NCBI GenBank assembly: GCA_022561385.1
Contig: JADFRG010000003.1
Span: 66,049-130,048 of the forward strand
DNA: 64,000 bases
Origin: Chloroflexota bacterium
GTDB taxonomy: Bacteria > Chloroflexota > Anaerolineae > Anaerolineales > E44-bin32
Direction: 5' to 3'
In this document: positions 36,796 through 44,611 of the stretch, piece by piece
Layout: the number at the start of each line of letters is the position of its first letter
Position numbering within the stretch: position 1 is the stretch's first letter
Position numbers and translations under genes: made by a program
Notes under the pieces: model-generated
Seen by the model: the letters and a program-made list of their open reading frames with translations, nothing else
Database searches by the model: none
Told to the model about the DNA's origin: nothing

Positions 36796-37854
36796 ATGAA
36801 CATCGCACGTTATGAGGTTTTCGAACAACTCGGCCGAGGCGGAATGGCCACGGTGTATCGCGCTCGCGATCCGCGGTTCAAACGCCAGGTGGCGATCAAG
36901 TTGCTGCCGCGTGAATTCCTGCACGACCCAAATTTCAAGGCCCGCTTCGTGCGAGAAGCTCAGACCGTCGCGCGGCTAGAACATCCCGCCATCGTGCCGG
37001 TTCACGACTTCGGCGAACATGAGGGCCAGCCGTACCTGGTCATGCGGCATATGGGAGGTGGCTCCCTGGCCGATTGGATCGAGCGCGGCCCTTTGCGCGT
37101 TGAGGAGGCGGCCGCCGTCGTTATGCGGGTGGCCGCCGCACTGGACTATGCACACGGTCGGGGCGTGATCCATCGCGACCTGAAGCCAGGAAATATCCTC
37201 TTCGACGAGGCCGGCCATGCCTACCTGGCCGATTTCGGAATCGCCCAGTTGGCGGAGGCCACCCTGGCACTCACCAAGAGCGGGGTCTACATCGGGACAC
37301 CCGCCTACATGAGCCCCGAGCAGGTGCGTGGTGATCTCGAGCTCGATGGACGCAGCGACGTCTATGCGCTTGGCATCATCCTTTTCGAAATGCTCACCGG
37401 GAGGCAACCTTACACGGCCGACACGCCTGCTAAGCTCATGATGAAACATGTGCTGGACCCGGTTCCAAGCCTTCGTGACCTCGACCCGGCGCAACTGCCG
37501 GCCGCCGATCAGATCGTGGCACAGGCCATGGCCAAGGACCGGGAGGAGCGCTTTGCGGGCGCGGCCGAGCTCGGTGAAGCGGTTGGATCCTTAGTCGGAG
37601 ACACTTCCTCCCAGCTCATTGCCGAGCGTCCGATCACCGGTGTGGGAAAACCGCCACGTCGCGCGAGCTTGCGCCACCGCTGGTCGTGGATTCTGGCCGG
37701 CCTGCTACTGCTCGGCACGGTAGGCGGCGCACTTGCGATGGGAGCGGCCGCGCGCGGCGAAACCAACGCCGGATACCGCGCCTGCGCTTGTAATAGCCAC
37801 GGAGACCGAGGTCCCCTCATCGACCCCGACGGTTGTGCCCAGCCATACTCCTGA
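36796..37854 (+). CDS. Hanks-type Ser/Thr protein kinase with TM segment (reading frame breaks just after the TM)
   Basis: GRGGMATVY, VAIKLL, HRDLKPGNILF, DFG and SPE all present. TM segment WILAGLLLLGTVGGALAMGAAA. Confidence 0.85.
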   Translation: MNIARYEVFEQLGRGGMATVYRARDPRFKRQVAIKLLPREFLHDPNFKARFVREAQTVARLEHPAIVPVHDFGEHEGQPYLVMRHMGGGSLADWIERGPLRVEEAAAVVMRVAAALDYAHGRGVIHRDLKPGNILFDEAGHAYLADFGIAQLAEATLALTKSGVYIGTPAYMSPEQVRGDLELDGRSDVYALGIILFEMLTGRQPYTADTPAKLMMKHVLDPVPSLRDLDPAQLPAADQIVAQAMAKDREERFAGAAELGEAVGSLVGDTSSQLIAERPITGVGKPPRRASLRHRWSWILAGLLLLGTVGGALAMGAAARGETNAGYRACACNSHGDRGPLIDPDGCAQPYS

Positions 37855-38281
37855 GCCCACCATGGGTAATCCCGGACCGATCTGGGCCCAGATGATGCAG
37901 GATGCGGCTTGCCGCGCCGGGCCGGGAACCGTGTATGAGATTCTGGGTTATGTCGCCGCCGGCCAGTCTGCCCTAACTTACGGGACGGATCTTGAAGGGG
38001 ACTGGTGGTGGATCCAATCCCCGGACGGCTCGCGCAGGTGCTGGATTTCCAATTTACTGGTTTCGTTTCAGAGCAATCTGCCAGAAGTTCCGATCCTGAC
38101 CCCCGAACCGACGCCGCGCGAACTTCCTGCGACCGCGACCGAGGCCCCGCCTCCACCCCCGGCCCCGACCGCGACCTTCACTCTTGTGCCGCCACCGCCG
38201 GGACCGACCTTCACACCCACGCAGGCCGGTACACTCGAATTCCCTGAATGTGGCTCACCTGCTCCGGAGATCTGCCCGTAA
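37733..38281 (+). CDS. PT-linker plus SH3b-like extracellular domain ORF, probably the frameshifted continuation of the kinase
   Basis: In the +1 frame relative to the kinase: KPTPDTAPALVIATETEVPSSTPTVVPSHTPEPT...CRAGPGTVYEILGYVAAGQSALTYGTDLEGDWWWIQSPDGSRRCWIS. No signal peptide or SD of its own. Confidence 0.5.
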   Translation: MRWERPRAAKPTPDTAPALVIATETEVPSSTPTVVPSHTPEPTMGNPGPIWAQMMQDAACRAGPGTVYEILGYVAAGQSALTYGTDLEGDWWWIQSPDGSRRCWISNLLVSFQSNLPEVPILTPEPTPRELPATATEAPPPPPAPTATFTLVPPPPGPTFTPTQAGTLEFPECGSPAPEICP

Positions 38282-38420
38282 TAGAGCCAGCGTTCTCCCA
38301 GCAGCCGCCAGGAATTAGGTCGAGGCGCTTCGCAGCGCGTGGGAGGTTGAGAGCACGGTCGCGTGTAGTACGACCGTCCAATTCACACAGCCACCCGATC
38401 GCGAGCCATAATGGGTTGGC

Positions 38421-38984
38421 ATGAGCAGCAAGCGGTTTCGTCTCGGAATGTTCGTCATCTCCGGCGTACTATTGTGCGCGGTTGGCGGCTACCTTGCCGT
38501 TTCATGGCCGCACTTGGCCGAAGAGGGGAGCGAGGTGACGCCGGCTCGCTATTCGGCCATACAACGACGCTGGGCGGCCAAGGGTCCCTATCACTACCGG
38601 CTCCTGGCGAGCTACCACTATGACATTGTGGGTGGATGTTCTGACGACGTCGAAGTGATGAACGAGAGAGTGATCCGCACCTATCGGACCGACTGCGGGA
38701 GTCCCGGATTCCTCACAGTCTCGAAGATCTATGACATGTTTCAGGACTTCGTCGGACAAGAGAGCACTCGTCCCCTGGCCAGCGATCGGTGCAATTATTA
38801 TTACGTCAACGCGAACTTTGACCGCGCGACCGGGTATCCCCGCTACTTGAAAAGCCAGCTCATCTCGGCACCGACCCGAGGGCAGTACTTCTCGCTCGAG
38901 CGGTCCTCCAGCGTTCAGAGCTGTTTGGCGATCGGGCCGCCGAGGCTCACCGCCACGATCCAATCACTCACGCCACTCGACTAG
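38421..38984 (+). CDS. membrane-anchored hypothetical protein
   Basis: 187 aa with N-terminal TM segment FVISGVLLCAVGGYLAV. 4 Cys in the ectodomain. Confidence 0.6.
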   Translation: MSSKRFRLGMFVISGVLLCAVGGYLAVSWPHLAEEGSEVTPARYSAIQRRWAAKGPYHYRLLASYHYDIVGGCSDDVEVMNERVIRTYRTDCGSPGFLTVSKIYDMFQDFVGQESTRPLASDRCNYYYVNANFDRATGYPRYLKSQLISAPTRGQYFSLERSSSVQSCLAIGPPRLTATIQSLTPLD

Positions 38985-39054
38985 CGCATATATGATGCTC
39001 GCATTCGTCGAGAACAAATTGGCCGCCCCCAGCATGTGAGTCTCGACCCCCTAC

Positions 39055-39459
39055 CTAGGAGCCGCTCGACACCTTCGAAATTGCGTCCTCGACTACGTCT
39101 TCCAGAGCTCCAGCCGATTGGGGCCCGAAGGCGCGCCAGAGCACATCCCCTTGAGGATCTAGGATTACATAGCTGGGATGACCGGGTAGGCCATAATGTT
39201 GGAAGACGCTCCTACCCTGACCCGAGGCCGCGTCAAGAGCGCGTATTTCTACCTGATCGCCGAATGTTGATTCCAGCCCGTTCACGACGGGCGTCATTTG
39301 CTCTCACTGAAATCAACCCTCGGTATAGAAGTAAAGGAAGGTCGGCTTGTCTGGTGCTGGGGTGATCGGTGTGGATGAATTGGCCGATGCACACCCGGTA
39401 AGCAGCAGCGCCACCAGGGTCAGGCTGACCGCGGCAACTTTTTTCTTCGGGATATCCAT
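39055..39459 (-). CDS. thioredoxin-fold lipoprotein with two in-frame TGA at the CxxC positions (candidate UxxU selenoprotein)
   Basis: The two track ORFs (39313..39501 and 39055..39297) are in the same frame. The junction reads TTC TAT ACC GAG GGT TGA TTT CAG TGA GAG CAA ATG ACG CCC, i.e. FYTEG-*-FQ-*-EQMTPVVNGLE, aligning with Trx xxFWAxWCxxCxxxxPxxxxL. Lipobox LLTGC. Cis-Pro region LPGHPSYVILD. Start is 39459 (MDIPKKK) or 39501. Confidence 0.65.
39276..39292 (-). other. SECIS-like hairpin downstream of the two TGA codons
   Basis: GCCCGU-CGUGA-ACGGGC: 6-bp stem with a GU-containing loop. Begins 11 nt after the second TGA (39306..39304) and 20 nt after the first (39315..39313). Confidence 0.35.
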
Positions 39460-39623
39460 CACGATAATTCTAACCGGTTGTTCAGGCCTCCAAACCCGCA
39501 CCTTCGATCGGATCGGTGACCCTAACCCCTGACCGCGGCATAAACTACTAGGTGAAAAACCTTACTCCGCGTAATAGAGAAATATGTTAATAATGAGCTC
39601 TGATTAGAAGAGAGGAGAGTGCC

Positions 39624-40253
39624 ATGCCTTCAGAGAAAAAGACAAAGAAGGTCAGTCGAAAACAACTTCAAGCGGAAAAAAAGCAGCGAGCTGCGCGTCG
39701 CAGAAATTGGCTTTGGGGGCTAGGGGCGGTAATCGTATTGTTCGTAGGATATTCCTTTGCCAGCTCCGGGGCCGGGCCCAAACCTGGTATCACGGAAGGG
39801 CTTTCTGATGAAGAGATAGCTGCCTTGCCCGCTGCCCCAGTAGTAGGCGCTCGTGCGCCCGACTTTACGATTTTAGATGTAGAGGACAACTCCTTTACGT
39901 TAAGCGAGGTCTTGGGAAAACCCACTGCCATCATGTTTTTCCACACTTGGTGACAGCCTTGTAATCAGAGTGCCCCCGCGTTGCGGCGGGCCGAAGTGGA
40001 GTTTGGGGACGACCTAACGATCCTATTTGTTGATGAACAAGAGCCGTTGGATGCGGTGCTTGAGTTTGCTGATAAATATGGGCTTACGAGCACATTCCTG
40101 ATGGATCGGTCCGGTGCCGTCGGTTTTAGTTATCGCCTGACCTCGACACCCACGACCTATTTCCTGGATCCGAGCGGGGTCGTGCAGGACATCCGGATCG
40201 GTGCAGTGAGTTACAGTTGGCTGGAGAAAAATGTGGAAAGAAGCCTGCAGTGA
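39624..40253 (+). CDS. membrane-anchored TlpA/ResA-like thiol:disulfide oxidoreductase with in-frame TGA at the first Cys of CxxC (candidate UxxC selenoprotein)
   Basis: Track ORFs 39624..39953 and 39981..40253 share a frame. The junction is CAC ACT TGG TGA CAG CCT TGT AAT, i.e. FFHTW-*-QPC-NQSAPAL, matching FWxxWCxPCxxExPxL. GARAPDF upstream and YRLTSTPTTYFLDPSGVV downstream. Confidence 0.7.
39972..39991 (+). other. SECIS-like hairpin downstream of TGA 39951-39953
   Basis: GCCCCCGC-GUU-GCGG(C)GGGC: 8 bp with one bulged C and a GU in the loop. Starts 18 nt after the TGA. Confidence 0.35.
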
Positions 40254-40850
40254 TTCAGGATCAGTCTCGACATTCGCGTTAAGCCCAAAGCGGCCAACGG
40301 ACGATAACCCGCAACCTCCTCCCCCCTCACTTTAAGCGCCTATCTCCTCTCTGCGCGTTGATGACTTCGGTCGCCGGACTGGCTGACATAAAGGCCGCCC
40401 CAACTGCGTGAGAAAGGAACACTCCGAAATGCGTCTACAAGAGCGACGAATAACATAATAATTTTCGGTCTGACCCCCCGAGCCAGGTTCAGACAAAGAT
40501 CTGACATGGGCCTGCTTCGCAGCTCGCCAGCTATGATCGCCCGATCTGGGGAAGTGCCTGGGGAGACGAAAGCCTCCTTGTCATTGAATCGTTGAAGTAA
40601 GTCGGTCGATGAGAGGAGCTTTGTCACTTTCAATGCCCTGTATCCATTCCGACAATATAGATGGAGCTTATCGGTATAGGTGACGGCCCGGGCAAAAGGC
40701 AAGGCTTCAGGTTCTTGACCACGGCGGTAAGCCTTCTTCGAAGGCTTCGCCGAACCTTATCTTTCAACTGGAGGAGTCAGCTCCTGTCCGGTAGTTCGGC
40801 TTAGTGCGGGTTTTCCAAACCAGGCGACCCATGGGCCGTGGGCGACGCTA

Positions 40851-41690
40851 TTGAGTGGACAAGTGAATACCTTCTCCTTGCGGCCCGCCGCCATATTGGG
40901 AGGCGTGCTGGTTTTGGCATCCCTGGTTGTGCTCAGCCTGATCTGGGCCACATCTGCGCGTAGGTCCGGATCCAATGGCCAGCTCATTTACTTCAATGCC
41001 ACAAATGATCGCGGTGAGCTCCTCACCTATCGAGGAGGCCCTGATGTCATCGGCCCAGGCATGATGGGCACACGTCTCAGCTGCGCTTCCTGTCACGGCC
41101 AGGAAGCAAGGGGTGGCGTGCACATGATGCACATGCGGGTAATGGACGCGCCCGATATCCGCTGGTCGGTTTTAGCCGGCGAGGTTGGAGAAGAGCACGC
41201 CAGCGAAGGCGACCCCGAAGACGAGCATACGGAAGCGCATGCCGGCTACGATCTAGTGAATTTCCGCATGGCGGTAGTGGAAGGCCAGCATCCGAACGGC
41301 GAGCGGCTGAACGCTGAAATGCCACGCTGGCAGATCGGCGACGGCGATCTGAAAGACTTGGCAGAATTCTTGAGATCCCCACCGTTGCTAGAGAAAGGAG
41401 TGCTTATGATGCCTGGAGGTTTTTTCGGAGGCGGAGGATGGATCATCTTCCCCATCATTGGAGTCGTCGTCATGATGGTATTCATGTTCATGATGATGAG
41501 CCGACGGGGAGGTATGATGAGCCGACGGGGAGGTTTCGGGTCTAGTCGAGACGACTATGGCCGAAGCCCCCGAGGCCACAACACCGAGATGGGTGAGACG
41601 GAAACGCCGCTCTCGATCCTGAAAAGCAGGTATGCCCGAGGCGAAATCAGCAAAGACGAATATGCGGAGATGAAGAGCGAGCTACAGTAG
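40851..41690 (+). CDS. membrane-anchored c-type cytochrome domain read through in-frame into a SHOCT-domain membrane module
   Basis: N-terminal TM, heme motif CASCH, then (no stop) MMPGGFFGGGGWIIFPIIGVVVMMVFMFMMM...SILKSRYARGEISKDEYAEMKSELQ (SHOCT). Confidence 0.7.
   Translation: MSGQVNTFSLRPAAILGGVLVLASLVVLSLIWATSARRSGSNGQLIYFNATNDRGELLTYRGGPDVIGPGMMGTRLSCASCHGQEARGGVHMMHMRVMDAPDIRWSVLAGEVGEEHASEGDPEDEHTEAHAGYDLVNFRMAVVEGQHPNGERLNAEMPRWQIGDGDLKDLAEFLRSPPLLEKGVLMMPGGFFGGGGWIIFPIIGVVVMMVFMFMMMSRRGGMMSRRGGFGSSRDDYGRSPRGHNTEMGETETPLSILKSRYARGEISKDEYAEMKSELQ
41406..41690 (+). CDS. possible independently translated SHOCT-domain small membrane protein (nested in the cytochrome ORF)
   Basis: AAAGGAG (41394-41400), 5-nt spacer, ATGATG at 41406, in-frame. 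The 94-aa product has the usual stand-alone SHOCT protein architecture. Confidence 0.45.
   Translation: MMPGGFFGGGGWIIFPIIGVVVMMVFMFMMMSRRGGMMSRRGGFGSSRDDYGRSPRGHNTEMGETETPLSILKSRYARGEISKDEYAEMKSELQ
41493..41534 (+). repeat. perfect 21-bp tandem duplication inside the SHOCT module
   Basis: atgatgagccgacggggaggt twice, encoding MMSRRGG twice. Confidence 0.9.
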
Positions 41691-42269
41691 GGTAGCTCGC
41701 TTTGGATCATCTTAGAGCGGTAGACTCTATTGCTCTTTGTCTCCTGCTCGCTATTCATTGCTGCCAGGGGCCTCTGATCGCCCGGTCACTTCCCCACCCC
41801 CTCCCGGGGGCCACGAAATCCAAGACTGGAACCTGAAACCTGATTGGTTTTGGGGGCTGCAAAGCGTCGCCTCGCGGCTCAGGATGAAGTCTTCAAGGGT
41901 GACTAATACCGTGCCAATTTTGGGTTCTGGCGCCCCCGCTACGTTCGAACAAGATCCAACGCGTGGTCGCATTACACCGTCCCAAAAAGCGGAAGATATA
42001 ATCCCTCGACCGGGACCTGCGTGCCTGTACTCGATAGAGTGCGCCCGCCAGGGTGTTCTGCCCCACCCAGAATCGGGGCCGAGCCAAGCGCGAGCGGTTG
42101 ATCACATTCATTCAGCAGCAGTTCCCGCAGAGCCTGCCGAGGCTGCGGCTCGAGGGCGAGTGTGTCGTAACCGCGGGCACTAGAATTGGGCTGGCGCGGG
42201 CCTGTTTCGGAAGGCGGCCTGGCCGATGGGCGAAACGAGATCATCGGCAAATGACAGAGGGAGGGAAAC

Positions 42270-42563
42270 GTGGGACGGCAAGAAACGATTGAGAAATTGA
42301 AAAACGAGCTGGATGAGCTCAACGAGAAGCTAGATTCACTGGAGGCCACGGGCGAGAAGATCAGTGCCGACGTGAAGTCAGCCTACACGGAGCAAATGGC
42401 GGCGCTGCGCGGACGGAAGGACAAGCTCGCCGAGAAACTCGGCGAAGCAGAGCGCGCAGGCATGGACCTCTGGGAAAGGGTGGCGGGCGATTTTGAGATC
42501 GCGCGAGCCGCGCTCGAAGCCGGCATCACGGAGTTGCGGGCACAGTATAAAGATCAGAAATAG
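42270..42563 (+). CDS. small coiled-coil hypothetical protein
   Basis: GTG start preceded by GAGGGAGGG. 97 aa, heptad-like with E/K/L-rich sequence. Confidence 0.5.
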   Translation: MGRQETIEKLKNELDELNEKLDSLEATGEKISADVKSAYTEQMAALRGRKDKLAEKLGEAERAGMDLWERVAGDFEIARAALEAGITELRAQYKDQK

Positions 42564-42596
42564 ATCGAGGGGCCGACATGCCGTGCCGCAACCCTC

Positions 42597-42853
42597 TTAG
42601 TCAGGGGAGAACGCGTAACACCATGCCACACCCTCCAAAACCGTCTCGCCATCGGCGCGTGTCACGGTGATCGCCAGCTCGGTAACCGGCTTGGATTCGT
42701 GTACGCTGAGAACTTTGGCCTCCGCGGTGACCGTATCACCGATAAAAACCGGGGCCGTGAACCGCCAATCCTGGCTGAGGAAGACGGTACCGGGCCCGGG
42801 CAGGTCTTCGGCCACAAGAGCATGAAGCAGGCCGGTCGTCAGGCCGCCTTGCA
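42597..42853 (-). pseudogene. 3' fragment of a MaoC-like dehydratase gene (left copy of the 255-bp direct repeat)
   Basis: 42599-42853 versus 46947-47201: 252/255 identical by my alignment, with no indels. It covers only the last ~80 codons of the gene at 46936..47349. Confidence 0.85.
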
Positions 42854-42967
42854 GGACAGCTCGAGTTGGGAAGTCATGGCCCAGACCTAATCGGTGGCGC
42901 GAATAGGCGGCGGGGGGAGCCTAAGGCTGGCTGGATTACGTCGGAACATAGCCGAGGCGGAGATCAC

Positions 42968-43960
42968 TCAATACCGAAATTCATGCACGAGCGCCAAGGT
43001 TTGAGGTCCGATTGTTCCCTCAACCATCTCGACCAACTCTCCGTCAATCCATACCCCCACTACGAATTCCTGCTCGACCTCGTTCCCGCAAGTTGCATAG
43101 TAATCCACGATCACCTGATAATTGCCTGAGGGCGCCGTGCCAGCCTTCCAGAAGATGCTCTCCAGCGGCTCGGTTGTCGCCGTGAGACAAGAACCATTGG
43201 CTTCGTATTCCAGCAAGCCCCCAGTCAACGACCGAGGATTTTCGAAGTAGATCTCCTCCTCTCGCGGATCAATTACGTGCAAATCCAAATCTGCAACAGA
43301 CTGCCAAAGAAGAGAAACCACCAGATCTCCGGTTACCTCAATCTCACCTGCCCTTGATCGCAAGGCAGCGGACCGTGGGATGGATGTCGGCTGCGGAGTC
43401 GGCAGCGATGTCGGGGTGGGGCTCGGAGGGGGTTGCACGCCACCGCAGGCAAGTGCGATCTCATAGTTCACCCCTGAATCGTCGCTGATCAGCGTGAAGC
43501 TGTAGGTTGCCCGTCTCGGCAGCAGGAAACTTCGCGTGTCCGAAGAACTTGCCCCACCGCGGGCATGAATCAGGCTCTCATCTTCGAGCTGAAGATCGAA
43601 CTGCAGGTCGGAACTGTCGCTTGCGCTGAGGTAATGCACAGAGAGCACATCCCCCGGCTCGCCCTCAATCTGCCAGGTGACGTTGCTGTGGGGAAGGAGC
43701 TCATGACGGATGGACTGGCCACAAGGCAAAATTAAAGGCAGCAAAGGCTCAGACGATGGGGTGGCGGTTTGAGGTTCGTCTCCCAAGGTGCCGCTAGAAA
43801 ACTTCCCGCTGGTCTCCTGTGAAGGACCCGCTGAAGTTGAGACGGTTACTGCAAGTAGCCCCGCTGAGAGAGCCATGCAAGCCGCCAGGCCCGCCAGCCC
43901 GGCAAGGCCTCCCGCGAGCAGAACGGGGGTGCTGCGGGCACGATCGGAGGTCCGCAGCAC
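42968..43960 (-). CDS. membrane-anchored/secreted hypothetical protein with DUF2135 (YfaP)-like C-terminal domain
   Basis: TM segment near the N-terminus, PT linker. C-terminal LDLHVIDPREEEIYFENPRSLTGGLLEYEANGSC resembles the DUF2135 motif (from memory). Confidence 0.6.
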   Translation of the reverse strand: MLRTSDRARSTPVLLAGGLAGLAGLAACMALSAGLLAVTVSTSAGPSQETSGKFSSGTLGDEPQTATPSSEPLLPLILPCGQSIRHELLPHSNVTWQIEGEPGDVLSVHYLSASDSSDLQFDLQLEDESLIHARGGASSSDTRSFLLPRRATYSFTLISDDSGVNYEIALACGGVQPPPSPTPTSLPTPQPTSIPRSAALRSRAGEIEVTGDLVVSLLWQSVADLDLHVIDPREEEIYFENPRSLTGGLLEYEANGSCLTATTEPLESIFWKAGTAPSGNYQVIVDYYATCGNEVEQEFVVGVWIDGELVEMVEGTIGPQTLALVHEFRY

Positions 43961-44003
43961 CCGGTAAAGTCCGAGACTGAATTTGATGTTTTGCCCTCAG
44001 GCG

Positions 44004-44582
44004 CTACTTCGTGGATATGTTTGCGGTCACCTTGCTGGGTCGCTCCGCCTTTAGCTTGGCAACCTGTCGGCCGTTGTCACGCCAGGCTTCGGCCACCATA
44101 GGGGCCGAGTATGTGTAGAAAACCTCGCGAACGGGCTCCTTGATCAGAAAGAGCAGAATGACAACATCCACCCCAGCCGTCAGAGCGTACGTCGCAATCG
44201 AGCCGAGCCCCAGACCGAGTACAGCGAGCCAGTTGGGAGCAAGCGATCCGATGCCGAGCGCGACCGCGCCGGCCTGGCCGAAGAGCCCGCCGATGATCCC
44301 AAGCAGGGCCAGGAACACGGCTCCCATTCGAGCCGAGTTCCTCATCTTCACCAGGTCTCTCCCAGTAACGGCATAGAGGCTAACGAGCAGCAGGCTCAGT
44401 AGCGTGCCGATGATCGGCAGGAAGAGCTTCTGAGCTAGTCCCGTCGAGCCATCGCTGAGTATCGGCAGAATGGCATAGACGATGATGGCCACCGCACCGA
44501 TCAGGTAGGCGATCGCCATCAGGAAATGATAAGCCGAGGCGAGGCTTACCTGGTCGTGAATGACTCTATCTTTGGTGTTCAT
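44004..44582 (-). CDS. polytopic membrane protein (about 4 TM)
   Basis: 192 aa with four long hydrophobic segments. Confidence 0.7.
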   Translation of the reverse strand: MNTKDRVIHDQVSLASAYHFLMAIAYLIGAVAIIVYAILPILSDGSTGLAQKLFLPIIGTLLSLLLVSLYAVTGRDLVKMRNSARMGAVFLALLGIIGGLFGQAGAVALGIGSLAPNWLAVLGLGLGSIATYALTAGVDVVILLFLIKEPVREVFYTYSAPMVAEAWRDNGRQVAKLKAERPSKVTANISTK

Positions 44583-44611
44583 TTTGGTTCTCTCCTTTGC
44601 GCTAGGGTCGG

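Noticed and set aside
39304-39953. Alternative explanation for the in-frame TGAs: a TGA-reassigning genetic code (code 4/25) or simple pseudogenes.
   Set aside because: TGA cleanly terminates conserved genes here (efp 12795-12797, sufR 7755-7757, GT4 36481-36483, the metB-like gene 23910-23912), so TGA is a normal stop. Random decay would not hit exactly the three redox-Cys codons of two intact-looking genes while sparing everything else. Pseudogenisation remains a formal possibility and is listed under the refutation criteria.
40340-40702. 120-aa minus-strand ORF in the AT-richer gap between the TlpA-like gene and the cytochrome gene.
   Set aside because: No recognisable motif, no SD, and atypical composition. 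It is possibly a remnant of something but is unsupported as a gene.
41930-41975. tRNA-like GTTCGAA box that could mark a tRNA or att site near the island.
   Set aside because: The flanking bases do not form a T-arm stem, and no acceptor or anticodon arms can be drawn.
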